Positions 26,745 to 36,400 of a stretch of 64,000 nt of DNA are shown here, in pieces. The notes beneath the pieces were generated by a model. That model did no database searches. It was not told the DNA's origin and was given only the letters and a program-made list of their open reading frames with translations. The translations under genes and the position numbers were made by a program. The stretch is from Verrucomicrobiota bacterium (GTDB taxonomy: Bacteria > Verrucomicrobiota > Verrucomicrobiia > Limisphaerales > UBA8199), in contig DAOPPX010000003.1 of NCBI GenBank assembly GCA_035358715.1, positions 14,300-78,299 on the forward strand, written 5' to 3'. Each line of letters begins with the position of its first letter. Within the stretch, counting starts at the first letter, position 1.

Positions 26745-28704
26745 CGCGCAGAAGGCAGCGGCCGGGACGTTGAACGGGCGGGAGGTGGAGGCGGCGTGCG
26801 TGGCGGCATTCATCTACTCGCAACCGATCGGGGAGCAGGCGGAGGTAGGGGATTTGCGGTGGCTGGTGGGGCCGACGTGCGACCTGCCGGCGGTGTTCAA
26901 CAACGGGCTGATCGCCTGGGCGAACAGCTCGTGGTATTTGGAGGAAACGGACGCGACGGAGCCGACGACGAATGTTCCGAAGTATTGGCGGCTGGGACCG
27001 AAACCCAACCTCAACCAGGTCCACCACAGTTACAAGATCAAGGCCCTGAGCGTGGCCAGGAGCAAGTTCGATGAATTGGCGAAGAAATGCACCCCGCTCA
27101 AAGAGGGGTGTGACCAAGAGGGGATCAAGTTCCACAATCATCCGCCCTCGCCGGCGGACGTAGAGGATGACGGTCTGTTTCGGCTGGTGGTGCTGGGGGC
27201 GGATCATGCCGGACAGCCGGGGATGAAACCGTTGGCAAGCGCGGAAGCGTACTTGCGGACGCACTCGTCGCCGACGGACAACCGCACTTGTCAGAACGTG
27301 GTGCTCGTGGTGACGCCCAGCGTGGGCGGATTGCAGCAGGCGGAACAGCAAGTGGCCGAGTGGCTGGCGTGGCAAGAAATCAAGGGCTCGAAAGATTTCA
27401 AGGATTACGAAGCGCACGTAAAGGAGATGGTGAACAAGCGCGAGCGCTTGGCGAAGCAGGCGGCGGAAACGGCGGTGAAGAACGCCTTCGAGCTGGCGCT
27501 GCACGTAGACAAGACCGGGGCGGTACAGGTTAAGAAATTTACGATGGGGGCACAGGCGTTGTTCCCGACCCTGCTACAAGAAAAAGACCTTCGGCTGTTC
27601 AAGGAGAAGATTGACGCCGAGACGATCATGCCGGGCGGGCCGTACGCCGTTTGGCCAGCGACAGATGACCGCGTACAGGTGAGCGCGCTTTACCAACAAT
27701 TTGCCAGGCGGCCTAACTTGCCGAAGCTGTTAAGCCAACAGACCGTGACGAACACGATTGCCGATGCGGTGCAGCGCGGGGTGCTGGCATTGCGTCACGT
27801 GCGGCCGGACGGATCGGAGCAGTGGTTTTGGCGGTCGAAGATAGACGTGGCGGACTGGGAAAAGACGGGCGAGGCGTGTTTGCCGAAGAAAGCGGCGCTG
27901 AACAGCGTTAGCGCGAAAGCGGTGCTGCCGGAAGCGCTGCCAGGGTTATGGCCAGCGGAGCCGAATGGGGTGGAATTGGCGACGGTGTGCTCCTGGTTCG
28001 ACGGGGCGCATGCCTTTCAGGAGGTAACGCAACCGGGGTATCCGGCAGAGGCGCGCGCCATTCCGCAGGCGGCCGTGGCTGAGGTCCACAAGGCCGTGGC
28101 CCAGGCCGTTAAGACGGGGGACCTGTGGCTGGTGTTCGGCAATGACAGCGTGTGGCAGGAAGAGCCGACAGCCATTCAACTGGATGCGAAAGCGAAAGTG
28201 TTTCGGCGTCCGGCACCGCTGAGCGCCATCGAGTTGCTGCCGGGCGCGCTGAAGGATGCCTGGAGTACGGGGGCGGAGCCAAAGACGACGGTGGCGACGC
28301 TTTACGCCGAACTGAAAAAGGCGAGAGGCAATCCGTGGCCGCCAAAGGCATTTATCAGCACGCTGAGCGATGCGCTGGGGCGCGGACTGGTGCAGCGAGT
28401 TTCGGGCAGCGGTCCGCTCGTGTCGCTGGCCGCGGATGGGAAGGTGGAGCTGGCGGTCAAGGCGAGCGCGCCGGCGCCGGCACCCCAGCCTGGTGCCGCA
28501 CCTGGCCGCAGGATGTCGCCGCGAGTGACGCTGTCACCGGCGGAGTTCCAGAACCTGGCAGACGAGGTGGCGACGCTGAGCACGTCACTGGCTGGATGTG
28601 ACGTGCAACTTGAGGTGGCGGTGTCCATCAAGGCGAAGCCCGATACAAAGCTGGATGAGGCGAACAAGCTCCTGGAGAAGATCAAGGCGGGATGGAAGCT
28701 CTGA
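26701..28704 (+). pseudogene. DUF499 ATPase, C-terminal part only
   Basis: Frame opens at WWPSNLKTELPRV...; 'AAFIYSQP', 'SWYLE', 'WRLGPKPNLNQ', 'FRLVVLG' typical of DUF499 C-halves; no Walker motifs present. Confidence 0.7.
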
Positions 28705-28746
28705 AGAGCGGGCGATGAAACGGTCAGTTCATTCTCAGGAGGAAAC

Positions 28747-29169
28747 ATGAGCGATTCGGTCGCAATGGCACTGGACGCATTTGTGCGTTCGATCTCGATT
28801 AACCGGGACACGCCGCACAGTTTGTTGCTTGGGGCCGGCGCCTCGGTCAGCTCGGGGATACCTTCCGCCGAACGGTGCATTATGGAGTGGAAGGGCCGGA
28901 TGTTCACGACTGCCAACCCGGGATTGGAGAAGGAGGTGGGACACCTGTTCCTGCCGTCGGTGCAGCGGCGGATTCAGACATGGCTCGACAGGCAGGCGGG
29001 GTTTCCGGCGGCCGGCGCGGCAACGGAATACAGTTTTTACTGCGAACGTTGCTACCCGCTGGCAGATGATCGCCGAGCCTATTTCCAGAGCCTGGTGAAG
29101 GCGGGGAAACCGGGCTATGGCTATCGGCTGCTGGCGTTGCTGGCTGAGGCCGGTGTTTTCGACTCGGTC
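28747..29169 (+). pseudogene. SIR2-like (SIR2_2) NADase domain, truncated
   Basis: LLLGAGASVSSGIPSA, YSFYCERCYP..DDRRAYF, PGYGYRLLALLAEAGVFDSV; breaks just before the expected WTTNFD motif. Confidence 0.85.
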
Positions 29170-30545
29170 TCATCCCGCACAAGCGGACTGGTGGTGGCGG
29201 CAGCAATCAGTTTGCCTCCGTTGAAATTGTACCCAAAGGGTTGTGTGGGGACGATGGTTGACGCAATGGCGATATGGTTCAGTTTACCGTCTTCCTTCTG
29301 TTCCTTGGTCCACCCGATGAAATCATCACGAGGCCCCAACGCAGGGAAGTCTCCGCTGATGGCCCCGATGCCTAGCACCGGCTTTTCTGGTTGGCTGGCG
29401 TCAACCACGAAAAACTTTATGTATCGTCCGGGTGTCTGATAGTTGACCGCAGAGGAAATAAAGTGCCGATAGACGCTCCACAGCAGATGACCCGCCTTGT
29501 CTTTGACAATGAGAATCTCAGGAGAAAGCCGTTCGATGGCCGCGATTGTATCCTGCTCGTTTTCCAAGTCAGCCGGTGCCCAAACGTTGCTTTCCGCCGC
29601 CACAATTAAATCGGGGTCGGCAACTTTGGTATCCACCAATTGATAATACTTTTGAGCAAACGTATAGTCTCTGACCGAAAGGGATTTCAGCTCAGTGAGG
29701 TTTTCAACGAGCGCCTGTGTCTCCAGCGCGATGTCCATCGTGGGTTTGTTTTGTGCGTGATGGGCAACGCACTCCTCGCACCAGTCAAGACGACCTGAGT
29801 ATTCGGGCATATCAGGGTAGATTGACAGAAAGACATCGTCCGGTCCTTTGACACGGCCACAACGAACGCAGGCGAGTTGCATGGGGTCCAAGCCGAAATA
29901 GCTCAACACGTCATTCAACGCATACTGCCACTTGTCCAATAGAATTGGCAGGGGCGCGAGGCCCGTGTCGAAGCAATCAAAGAGGGCGTTTTCCAACTCG
30001 GGCGATGCCTTCGCAAGGCTCCTGTATAGGCTCTGGGAGCCAGCAAAATTGTTTCTTAGTTTCTTGAGGATGGTTTCCGTGGTGTCGCCTTCCACGGGTT
30101 CACTTTGCTTTGTGGTGGGCTTCTCGTCGGGGTTCTTGTCTAGGTGCCCGGCCTTAAGGGAACCCGTGACGATGTATGCCTGCCGGAGGCTTGTGGCCTC
30201 ATTCAAATTCTTCACATGTTCAGATTTTGCGAGCTTCATGTAGCGTTCAGCGGTGGTGTCAGATATGGCCTCACAGTTCTGTTTCAGCCACTTCAACCAG
30301 TTGCCGTGGCCGACCGCATCTTTGGCGTGGTTAAGGTATTGGCCGGCTTTGATGGCGGCAGCGATTGCCTCCCGCCCCTGTTTCTTTGATAGTCGGTCGG
30401 CCAGCTTAACGGCTTGATGAGCGTCCAAAATGGCCTTGGCGTATTCCTCCAAGGTTTTGGGGGGGGCAATGGTAACGGTGGACGGTGTGGTGGGTTCGGC
30501 CACCGGTGCAAATGCGGTATCGTTGGTTATTGTGTTCAGTGTCAT
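29170..30545 (-). CDS. DUF3102 + Zn-finger + DUF4338 (DruA-like) fusion, C-terminally truncated
   Basis: AGQYLNHAKDAVGHGNWLKWL...TAERYMKLA (DUF3102); CVRC...CEEC; TPGRYIKFFVVD, GPRDDFIGW, KLNHIAIASTIVPTQPFGYNFNGGKL (DUF4338). ORF track extends to 29121 across the junction. Confidence 0.75.
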
Positions 30546-30729
30546 ATATGGTAGTGAGTTTTGGTTTTAGTTTTTTCCCTCATTGTATCGGCTCTCCCAA
30601 GAGGACGGGTGTGCCAGCGCCGCATTTCGCAAATGGCCTAATTTCAGTGGATTCATAAGGGTGAGGCTTAGCGGAGAATGATTACCTTTCCGGTGGTTGG
30701 CAGGGGGCACATCGGATAAACTGCGCTGG

Positions 30730-31701
30730 ATGAATGCGTTCGGAAAGCCCTACGACCTGCCCTATGACGATTGGGACCAAGAGAAGGTGGGGCCGGGTTT
30801 TTACCGCTTGCTCGCAGAGCACCCCGTTTTCAATCGCGAGAAAAAGGCCATCAGCGCCGCCCATTCGTGGCTGAACGAAATTGCCGCCGGCCAACACGCT
30901 AACGAAGGCAGAAACGTGACGGTCGGCTACAAGACCATTCAGGACCACTTCCGAAAGTTTTCCCAATCGCACGCCGCCTTCATTCGAGCTCTCAGTCAGT
31001 ATCGTCTGGTCGACATCAGCAAAGTCGAGAGAAGGACCCGCTCGTTCGCACTGACGGAAGCCGGATGGCGACTCTTACAAGAGGGAAACTATCGTTGGCT
31101 TCATTTGCTGCTAACGGACCCAAAAACGCGCAGGCGGAATCAGGTGGCAATCGCCAGACGAAAGCTGAGGCGCACCACCTACGCCGACCCGACACGGCGA
31201 GCGATTGAGGAATTCCGGCACAACGTGACGTTCGACCGAGCCGGACTCCTTAAACAGTTGCGGGTGGACAACTCACGGGTAGGGAGGACCGCCGATATGC
31301 GGCGCAATTTCGTTATCCACCCGCTGCTCGCCTTCGCGACACGCAAGTTTTGTGAACTAAAAGAAAGGCGTGGCGCCATCTACCATGAGTGGTTTTCCCT
31401 CCCTTGGCACTTCCGGCGCTTCGCTTCGTTCAAGGGGAGGCAATACATCATGCCCTTGGAATGTCCGAAAGAGCAGTTGTGCCAGTTCTGCCCAGCCCTA
31501 TGCGCCTACGGAGAGAGCTTGGGGTTGGCGCTCGTTTACGATTACGAAAGCGTGAGCGTGTTTGGTGACATGAACGACTCGAAATTGCTGAACAAGTTAA
31601 GGCGGGTCAAAGCGTTTATTCGGCACCAAACCTGCGAAACCAGCGCCCAAGCCAAGAACCATGACTGCTTGGAGAACCCCGGCGAATTGCCGGGGTCGTG
31701 A
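30730..31701 (+). CDS. Degenerate paralog of the polymerase-like protein (palm largely deleted)
   Basis: Shares WLxxLLxDPxTRRRNQVAIxxRK, GxIYHE and KLxxVKAFI with 19863-21206. Motif A TLD becomes PLE, motif C YDG becomes YES, and the region between them is mostly missing. Confidence 0.75.
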   Translation: MNAFGKPYDLPYDDWDQEKVGPGFYRLLAEHPVFNREKKAISAAHSWLNEIAAGQHANEGRNVTVGYKTIQDHFRKFSQSHAAFIRALSQYRLVDISKVERRTRSFALTEAGWRLLQEGNYRWLHLLLTDPKTRRRNQVAIARRKLRRTTYADPTRRAIEEFRHNVTFDRAGLLKQLRVDNSRVGRTADMRRNFVIHPLLAFATRKFCELKERRGAIYHEWFSLPWHFRRFASFKGRQYIMPLECPKEQLCQFCPALCAYGESLGLALVYDYESVSVFGDMNDSKLLNKLRRVKAFIRHQTCETSAQAKNHDCLENPGELPGS

Positions 31702-31715
31702 CTGTCAGACGGTGA

Positions 31716-32126
31716 TTACGCCACCGCCCGAACGACGTATTTGCCATCGGCGAAGGTAAACACCGCCTTGGCCCCCTGTGACCGCTTCTTCAGGGTGTTC
31801 TTCACCTTCCAGGGGGTGAAGGCATCGCCCACGGCGGCGATGATAGCGTCAACGTCCATCGGTTGCCGGTTCGCGCTGAGGATTTCCGTAATCCGGGTTT
31901 CGGCCTTGGGCTTCATCGGCTCCGGCTTCCAAGTGGGGTCCAGTTCGGCGATTTGGGATGCCATCTGAACCACCTCGGCCCGCAGTTCAGCGTAGCGAAC
32001 CTTGAGGGGTTCAGCCAAGGTGACCCGCTGCTTCGTCAGCGCCTCAATTTGGGCGTTGATTTCAGCGAGCGCGGATTGAGCGTTCTTGTTTCCGGTTCCA
32101 GTTCGATTTTGTGATGTAGGTTTCAT
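31716..32126 (-). CDS. Coiled-coil + winged-helix DNA-binding protein (copy 2)
   Basis: Closely similar to 21321-21725 (KNAQ.ALA.INA.I.AL..QRV.LA.PLK.RYAE.RAE; WKP.PMKPKAET). Confidence 0.72.
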   Translation of the reverse strand: MKPTSQNRTGTGNKNAQSALAEINAQIEALTKQRVTLAEPLKVRYAELRAEVVQMASQIAELDPTWKPEPMKPKAETRITEILSANRQPMDVDAIIAAVGDAFTPWKVKNTLKKRSQGAKAVFTFADGKYVVRAVA

Positions 32127-32192
32127 TGTGCTCCTGGGCTACTTCAGAAAAGCGACACCGGCAAGCGATGGGCGCGCGAGATTTCGCTGCGG

Positions 32193-33305
32193 CTAAAACG
32201 TGAGCTTACTTGCCATCTTCTGCATGTGCTCGCGGTTCAAATGCCCGTAGGTTTTACCAATCAGCACACCGCCGTCCTTGTGGCCAACCCACTTGGCGAT
32301 TGTCATGTAGTCAATGCCCGCCATCACGCAGGTTGAGATGAAATAGTGACGGGTTAGGTGAAGGGTGAAGTCCGGTAAGCCCACGGCACGGCGAACGGAT
32401 TCGACCATTTTCTGGAAGGACTGAACGGCAATGCGTGTTCGATGGGGTTTTCCCAAGCGATAAGACGGGAACAGATAGGCCACCCCTTGAAGGGCTTTGG
32501 CCTTCATGCACAGCAGGTGGTTTTCGAGGTTGCGGCTGAAGTCAACACGACGGCTCTCAAAGTTTTTTGTCGTGTCCCCTTGGAACACGAGTTGCCTATT
32601 TTGCCAGTCAACGTTTTCCCATTTCAGATTCGCCACTTCTGATTTGCGCCCACCCGAATACATGCACAGCAGCAGAAAATCTGCGAACTGCTCGCCGGTT
32701 ATTGGGTGGTTCCGCAGAGCATCGGTCCCAATTTTCAGAAGGTCCTCAGTACAGAACAACTTCCGCTCCACGGATTTGACCTTGAGGGGCGTGATGCCAT
32801 CGAACGGCAGCTTCTGAATGTATTTTTCCGTTCTCGCCAACTTCAGCACCGCCCGCAAAGCCTTGACGTGATGATTGGCCGTGCTCGCCGACAGCCCCCG
32901 TGCGAGCATTTGGCCGCGATACGCGAGAATCTGCCGCGGATTGATTTTGCTGATTCGCATGTTGGCTCCCAGAAACTTTTCCCAGTGCTTCAGGCAATTG
33001 TCCTCACGAATCGCCGACACCTTGGACCTGCCCGACACCTTCCGGTAATGCTCGCGGAACGTTTTGAAATCCGGCGCTGACCGCGTGCTGGCGATTTCTC
33101 CGTCCTTGATTCCTTTCAGCACACCATACATGGCCTTGATGGCCTCCGTTTGGCTGGTTGCCCCAGTCAGCCGGATGCGGTTGTTCTTTTTGATTCCGGT
33201 TTCAGCGTCAACCACCATCGCCTGAACGTAGAAGGAGCCGTTCCGCTGCCACAACCCGCGTATTCGTCGGCCTGAGCGGTCGAATACCTTTCGGAAGGAA
33301 TTCAC
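32193..33305 (-). CDS. Tyrosine integrase (element 3)
   Basis: 370 aa, same length as and closely similar to 21794-22906; catalytic R, K, HxxR, H, Y all present. Confidence 0.96.
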   Translation of the reverse strand: MNSFRKVFDRSGRRIRGLWQRNGSFYVQAMVVDAETGIKKNNRIRLTGATSQTEAIKAMYGVLKGIKDGEIASTRSAPDFKTFREHYRKVSGRSKVSAIREDNCLKHWEKFLGANMRISKINPRQILAYRGQMLARGLSASTANHHVKALRAVLKLARTEKYIQKLPFDGITPLKVKSVERKLFCTEDLLKIGTDALRNHPITGEQFADFLLLCMYSGGRKSEVANLKWENVDWQNRQLVFQGDTTKNFESRRVDFSRNLENHLLCMKAKALQGVAYLFPSYRLGKPHRTRIAVQSFQKMVESVRRAVGLPDFTLHLTRHYFISTCVMAGIDYMTIAKWVGHKDGGVLIGKTYGHLNREHMQKMASKLTF

Positions 33306-33311
33306 CGTCCA

Positions 33312-33332
33312 ACCAGAACAAGGACCAGAACA
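33312..33332 (+). promoter_or_regulatory. Putative integrase arm-type sites (element 3)
   Basis: ACCAGAACA x2 with 12-bp period upstream of the integrase start. Confidence 0.7.
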
Positions 33333-33413
33333 ACAGGCGAGCGTCAGGAAGGAAAGACGGGGATGCTATTGGCCGGGAATACTTTGTGGCAGATTGGTTT
33401 TATCGTCGGGCCT

Positions 33414-33459
33414 CCTCCGGAGCCGAAGGTTGTGGGTTCGACCCCCGCCTCGCGTACCA
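33414..33459 (+). repeat. Outer att duplication of tRNA-Arg 3' half
   Basis: cctccggagccgaaggttgtgggttcgacccccgcctcgcgtacca; 42/46 identical to the other copies, all differences in the T-stem. Confidence 0.93.
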
Positions 33460-33466
33460 CTTCGTT

Positions 33467-36400
33467 TCAAGGAATCAGAATCCGATAAAAGCGGCTGGGA
33501 GGAATAGCAGTGATTGGGAAGTCGTTGGTGACAAGGCCGCCAGTGCCGGGATTGGTCACGAGCGACAGCCAGTTGTTGGTGTTCGTGAGCGTATCCACGT
33601 ATTGGACGACATAATCAATCCCGGTCACGCTTGGGAAAACCAGGAGGAAGTTCGTTATCGCGCCGCCAGGTTGTGATGGTTCCCCCCGGCTAACAGTAAG
33701 GCGCGGCCCAACAACGGTCAGGACCGCAACGGGGCTGGTTACCGCAGCGGCGAGATTCGTCACCACGAGGTCATAGTTGCCGACGTTGGCGGGCCGGACA
33801 GTCGCCAGGGTGTAGCAGTCGGTGGTTGCGCCGGGGATGTTAACCCCCTGGAACCGCCACTGGTAAGCCAATTGGCCGCCGCAGTTGTTGGTGGCACTAA
33901 TGCAGAGGATGGCGCTTTGCCCGAGGGGAACAGCCTCGCTGACAGGGCCCTCGAGAATTACCGGCGGGGCAACCACCGTCAAGTTAGCGATGCTGCTGGT
34001 CTGCGAGCCATCCAGGCTGGCCACTACCACGTCAAAGCTGCCCGCATCCGCGCACTGCGTGTTAGTGCACATATAGGTGCTGTCGGTTGCCCCGGCGAGC
34101 TGGCCGCCGTTGAAGCGCCATTGGTAGGTCAAGGGGCTTGCGCAGTCGTTGGTGGCTGTCACCCCGAAGAATGCATCCTCACCCCGGACAACGGTTAGGC
34201 TGGAGGGCGGGGCGAGAATGACAGTGGGGACGATAACGGTGACGGTGAAAGAACACGAGTTGGTGTTGCCGCTGGCGTCCGTCGCTGTGCAACGGACCGG
34301 CGTCACGCCCACCGGGAAGGTTGCGCCGCTCGGCGGCTCGCTCACGAGGTTGGTTACCGCGCAGTTGTCGCTGGCGGCAACCTCCCAGGTCACATTGCTC
34401 CTGCTGCATTGTCCTGCATCCGCACCGACTGTGATGCTGGCCGGACAGATCACGGTCGGCGGCGTGTCGTCTGCCACCAGGACGTAGTTGGTGCAATAGG
34501 CCGTATTGCCCGCAGGGTCGAAGGCCCCCAGCACGACCTCGTTTGTGCCCAAGCTCAGCACGGCGTCGGTCGCCACGCTCTGCGTGACGGTTACGGAACC
34601 GCAGTTGTCCGTGGTGAGAATGTAGTTGGTGCCGGTAATGTCCGGCATAAGCGCCTGGCAGTTCGTGCCCGCCGTCAGGGCCACGTTGGTCAGGCACCAA
34701 CTGATTACCGGCGGCTCCGCGTCGTCCACCGTCACCACGAAGCTGTCTGCCGCGCTGTTGCCCGTCGCATCCGTGGCCTGGAAGGTGTTAGTCGTTTTAC
34801 CCGCGGGAAACAAGGAACCGCTGGGCAGGCCGGCGAGTTGGGTAATCATCACCTCCGAACAATCGTCCCGGCTTGCTGGCGCGGTGTAATGAACTACGGC
34901 GCCGCACTGGCTGGGTTGGTTGGTCGTGCCCAGGTCCGCCGGGCACTCGATCGAAGGCGGTGCCTGGTCTAGCACCAGCACGAAGCTGGTGCAGTAAGCC
35001 GCGTTGCCCGCAGGGTCGAAGGCCCCCAGCACGACCTGGTTTGTGCCCAGGCCTAGCACTGTGTCGGTCGCCACGCTCTGCGTGACGGTTACGGAACCGC
35101 AGTTGTCCGTGGTGAGAATGTAGTTGGTGCCGGTAATGTCCGGCATAAGCGCCTGGCAGTTCGTGCCCGCTGCCACGATGACGTTGGTCAGGTGCCAGGT
35201 GATTGCCGGCGGCGTGTCGTCCGCCACCAGGACGTAGTTGGTGCAATAGGCCGTATTGCCTGCGGGGTCGAAAGCGCCCAGCACGACCTCGTTTGTGCCC
35301 AGGCCTAGCACTGTGTCGGTCGCCACGCTCTGCGTGACGGTTACGGAACCGCAGTTGTCCGTGGTGAGAATGTAGTTGGTGCCGGTAATGTCCGGCATAA
35401 GCGCCTGGCAGTTCGTGCCCGCCGTCAGGGCCACGTTGGTCAGGCACCAACTGATTACCGGCGGCTCCGCGTCGTCCACCGTCACCACGAAGCTGTCTGC
35501 CGCGCTGTTGCCCGTCGCATCCGTGGCCTGGAAGGTGTTAGTCGTTTTACCCGCGGGAAACAAGGAACCGCTGGGCAGGCCGGCGAGTTGGGTAATCATC
35601 ACCTCCGAACAATCGTCCCGGCTTGCTGGCGCGGTGTAATGAACTACGGCGCCGCACTGGCTGGGTTGGTTGGTCGTGCCCAGGTCCGCCGGGCACTCGA
35701 TCGAAGGCGGTGCCTGGTCTAGCACCAGCACGAAGCTGGTGCAGTAAGCCGCGTTGCCCGCAGGGTCGAAGGCCCCCAGCACGACCTGGTTTGTGCCCAG
35801 GCCTAGCACTGTGTCGGTCGCCACGCTCTGCGTGACGGTTACGGAACCGCAGTTGTCCGTGGTCAGGATGTAGTTGGTGCCGGTAATGTCCGGCATAAGC
35901 GCCTGGCAGTTCGTATCCGCTGCCACGATGACGTTGGTTACATGCCAGGAGATGGTTGGCGCCTCGGCGTCCAGGACAACCACGCGTTGCTGGCAGCTAT
36001 TGGTGTTGCCGCTGGTATCGGTGACCGTCCAGGTGACCAGGTTGGTGCCCAGCGGATAGCTTGACTGTTGATCGTTGGTTACCCCTGCTATTCCGCAGTT
36101 GTCGCCTGTTACCGGACTGCCCAGAGCCACATTGGTCGCCGCGCATGTGCCCGCATCCGCGTTCACGGCCACGTCTGCAGGACAGGAGATAGTGGGGGGC
36201 GAGGTTTCGCCCGTCGTGAGGACGGCGGCGAGTGAAGCGGCGCTGCCCAGCAGATTGCTAACGATCATTGTGTAAGAGCCCGCGTCGGGGCATTGGAAGT
36301 CGGACAGAGTCAGCGTGGTTGAGGTTGCCTCCGCCAGATTTGTCCCGTTGAATTGCCATTGATAGCTCAAGGGCGGAAGTCCGACAGCCAGCCCCACCAA

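Larger units (their letters stand above)
23015..33459. mobile_element. Composite decayed island: defence island (element 2) fused to sibling element 3
   Basis: Bounded by att copies; two different integrases at opposite ends; abrupt junctions at ~24714, ~26700 and ~29169; no internal att between elements 2 and 3. Confidence 0.8.

Noticed and set aside
31736-31763. Second IR arm for the element 3 polymerase-like gene (ggtgtttaccttcgccgatggca on minus strand)
   Set aside because: It lies inside the coding end of the wHTH gene (AVFTFADG) and matches only about 12 bp well; too weak to call.
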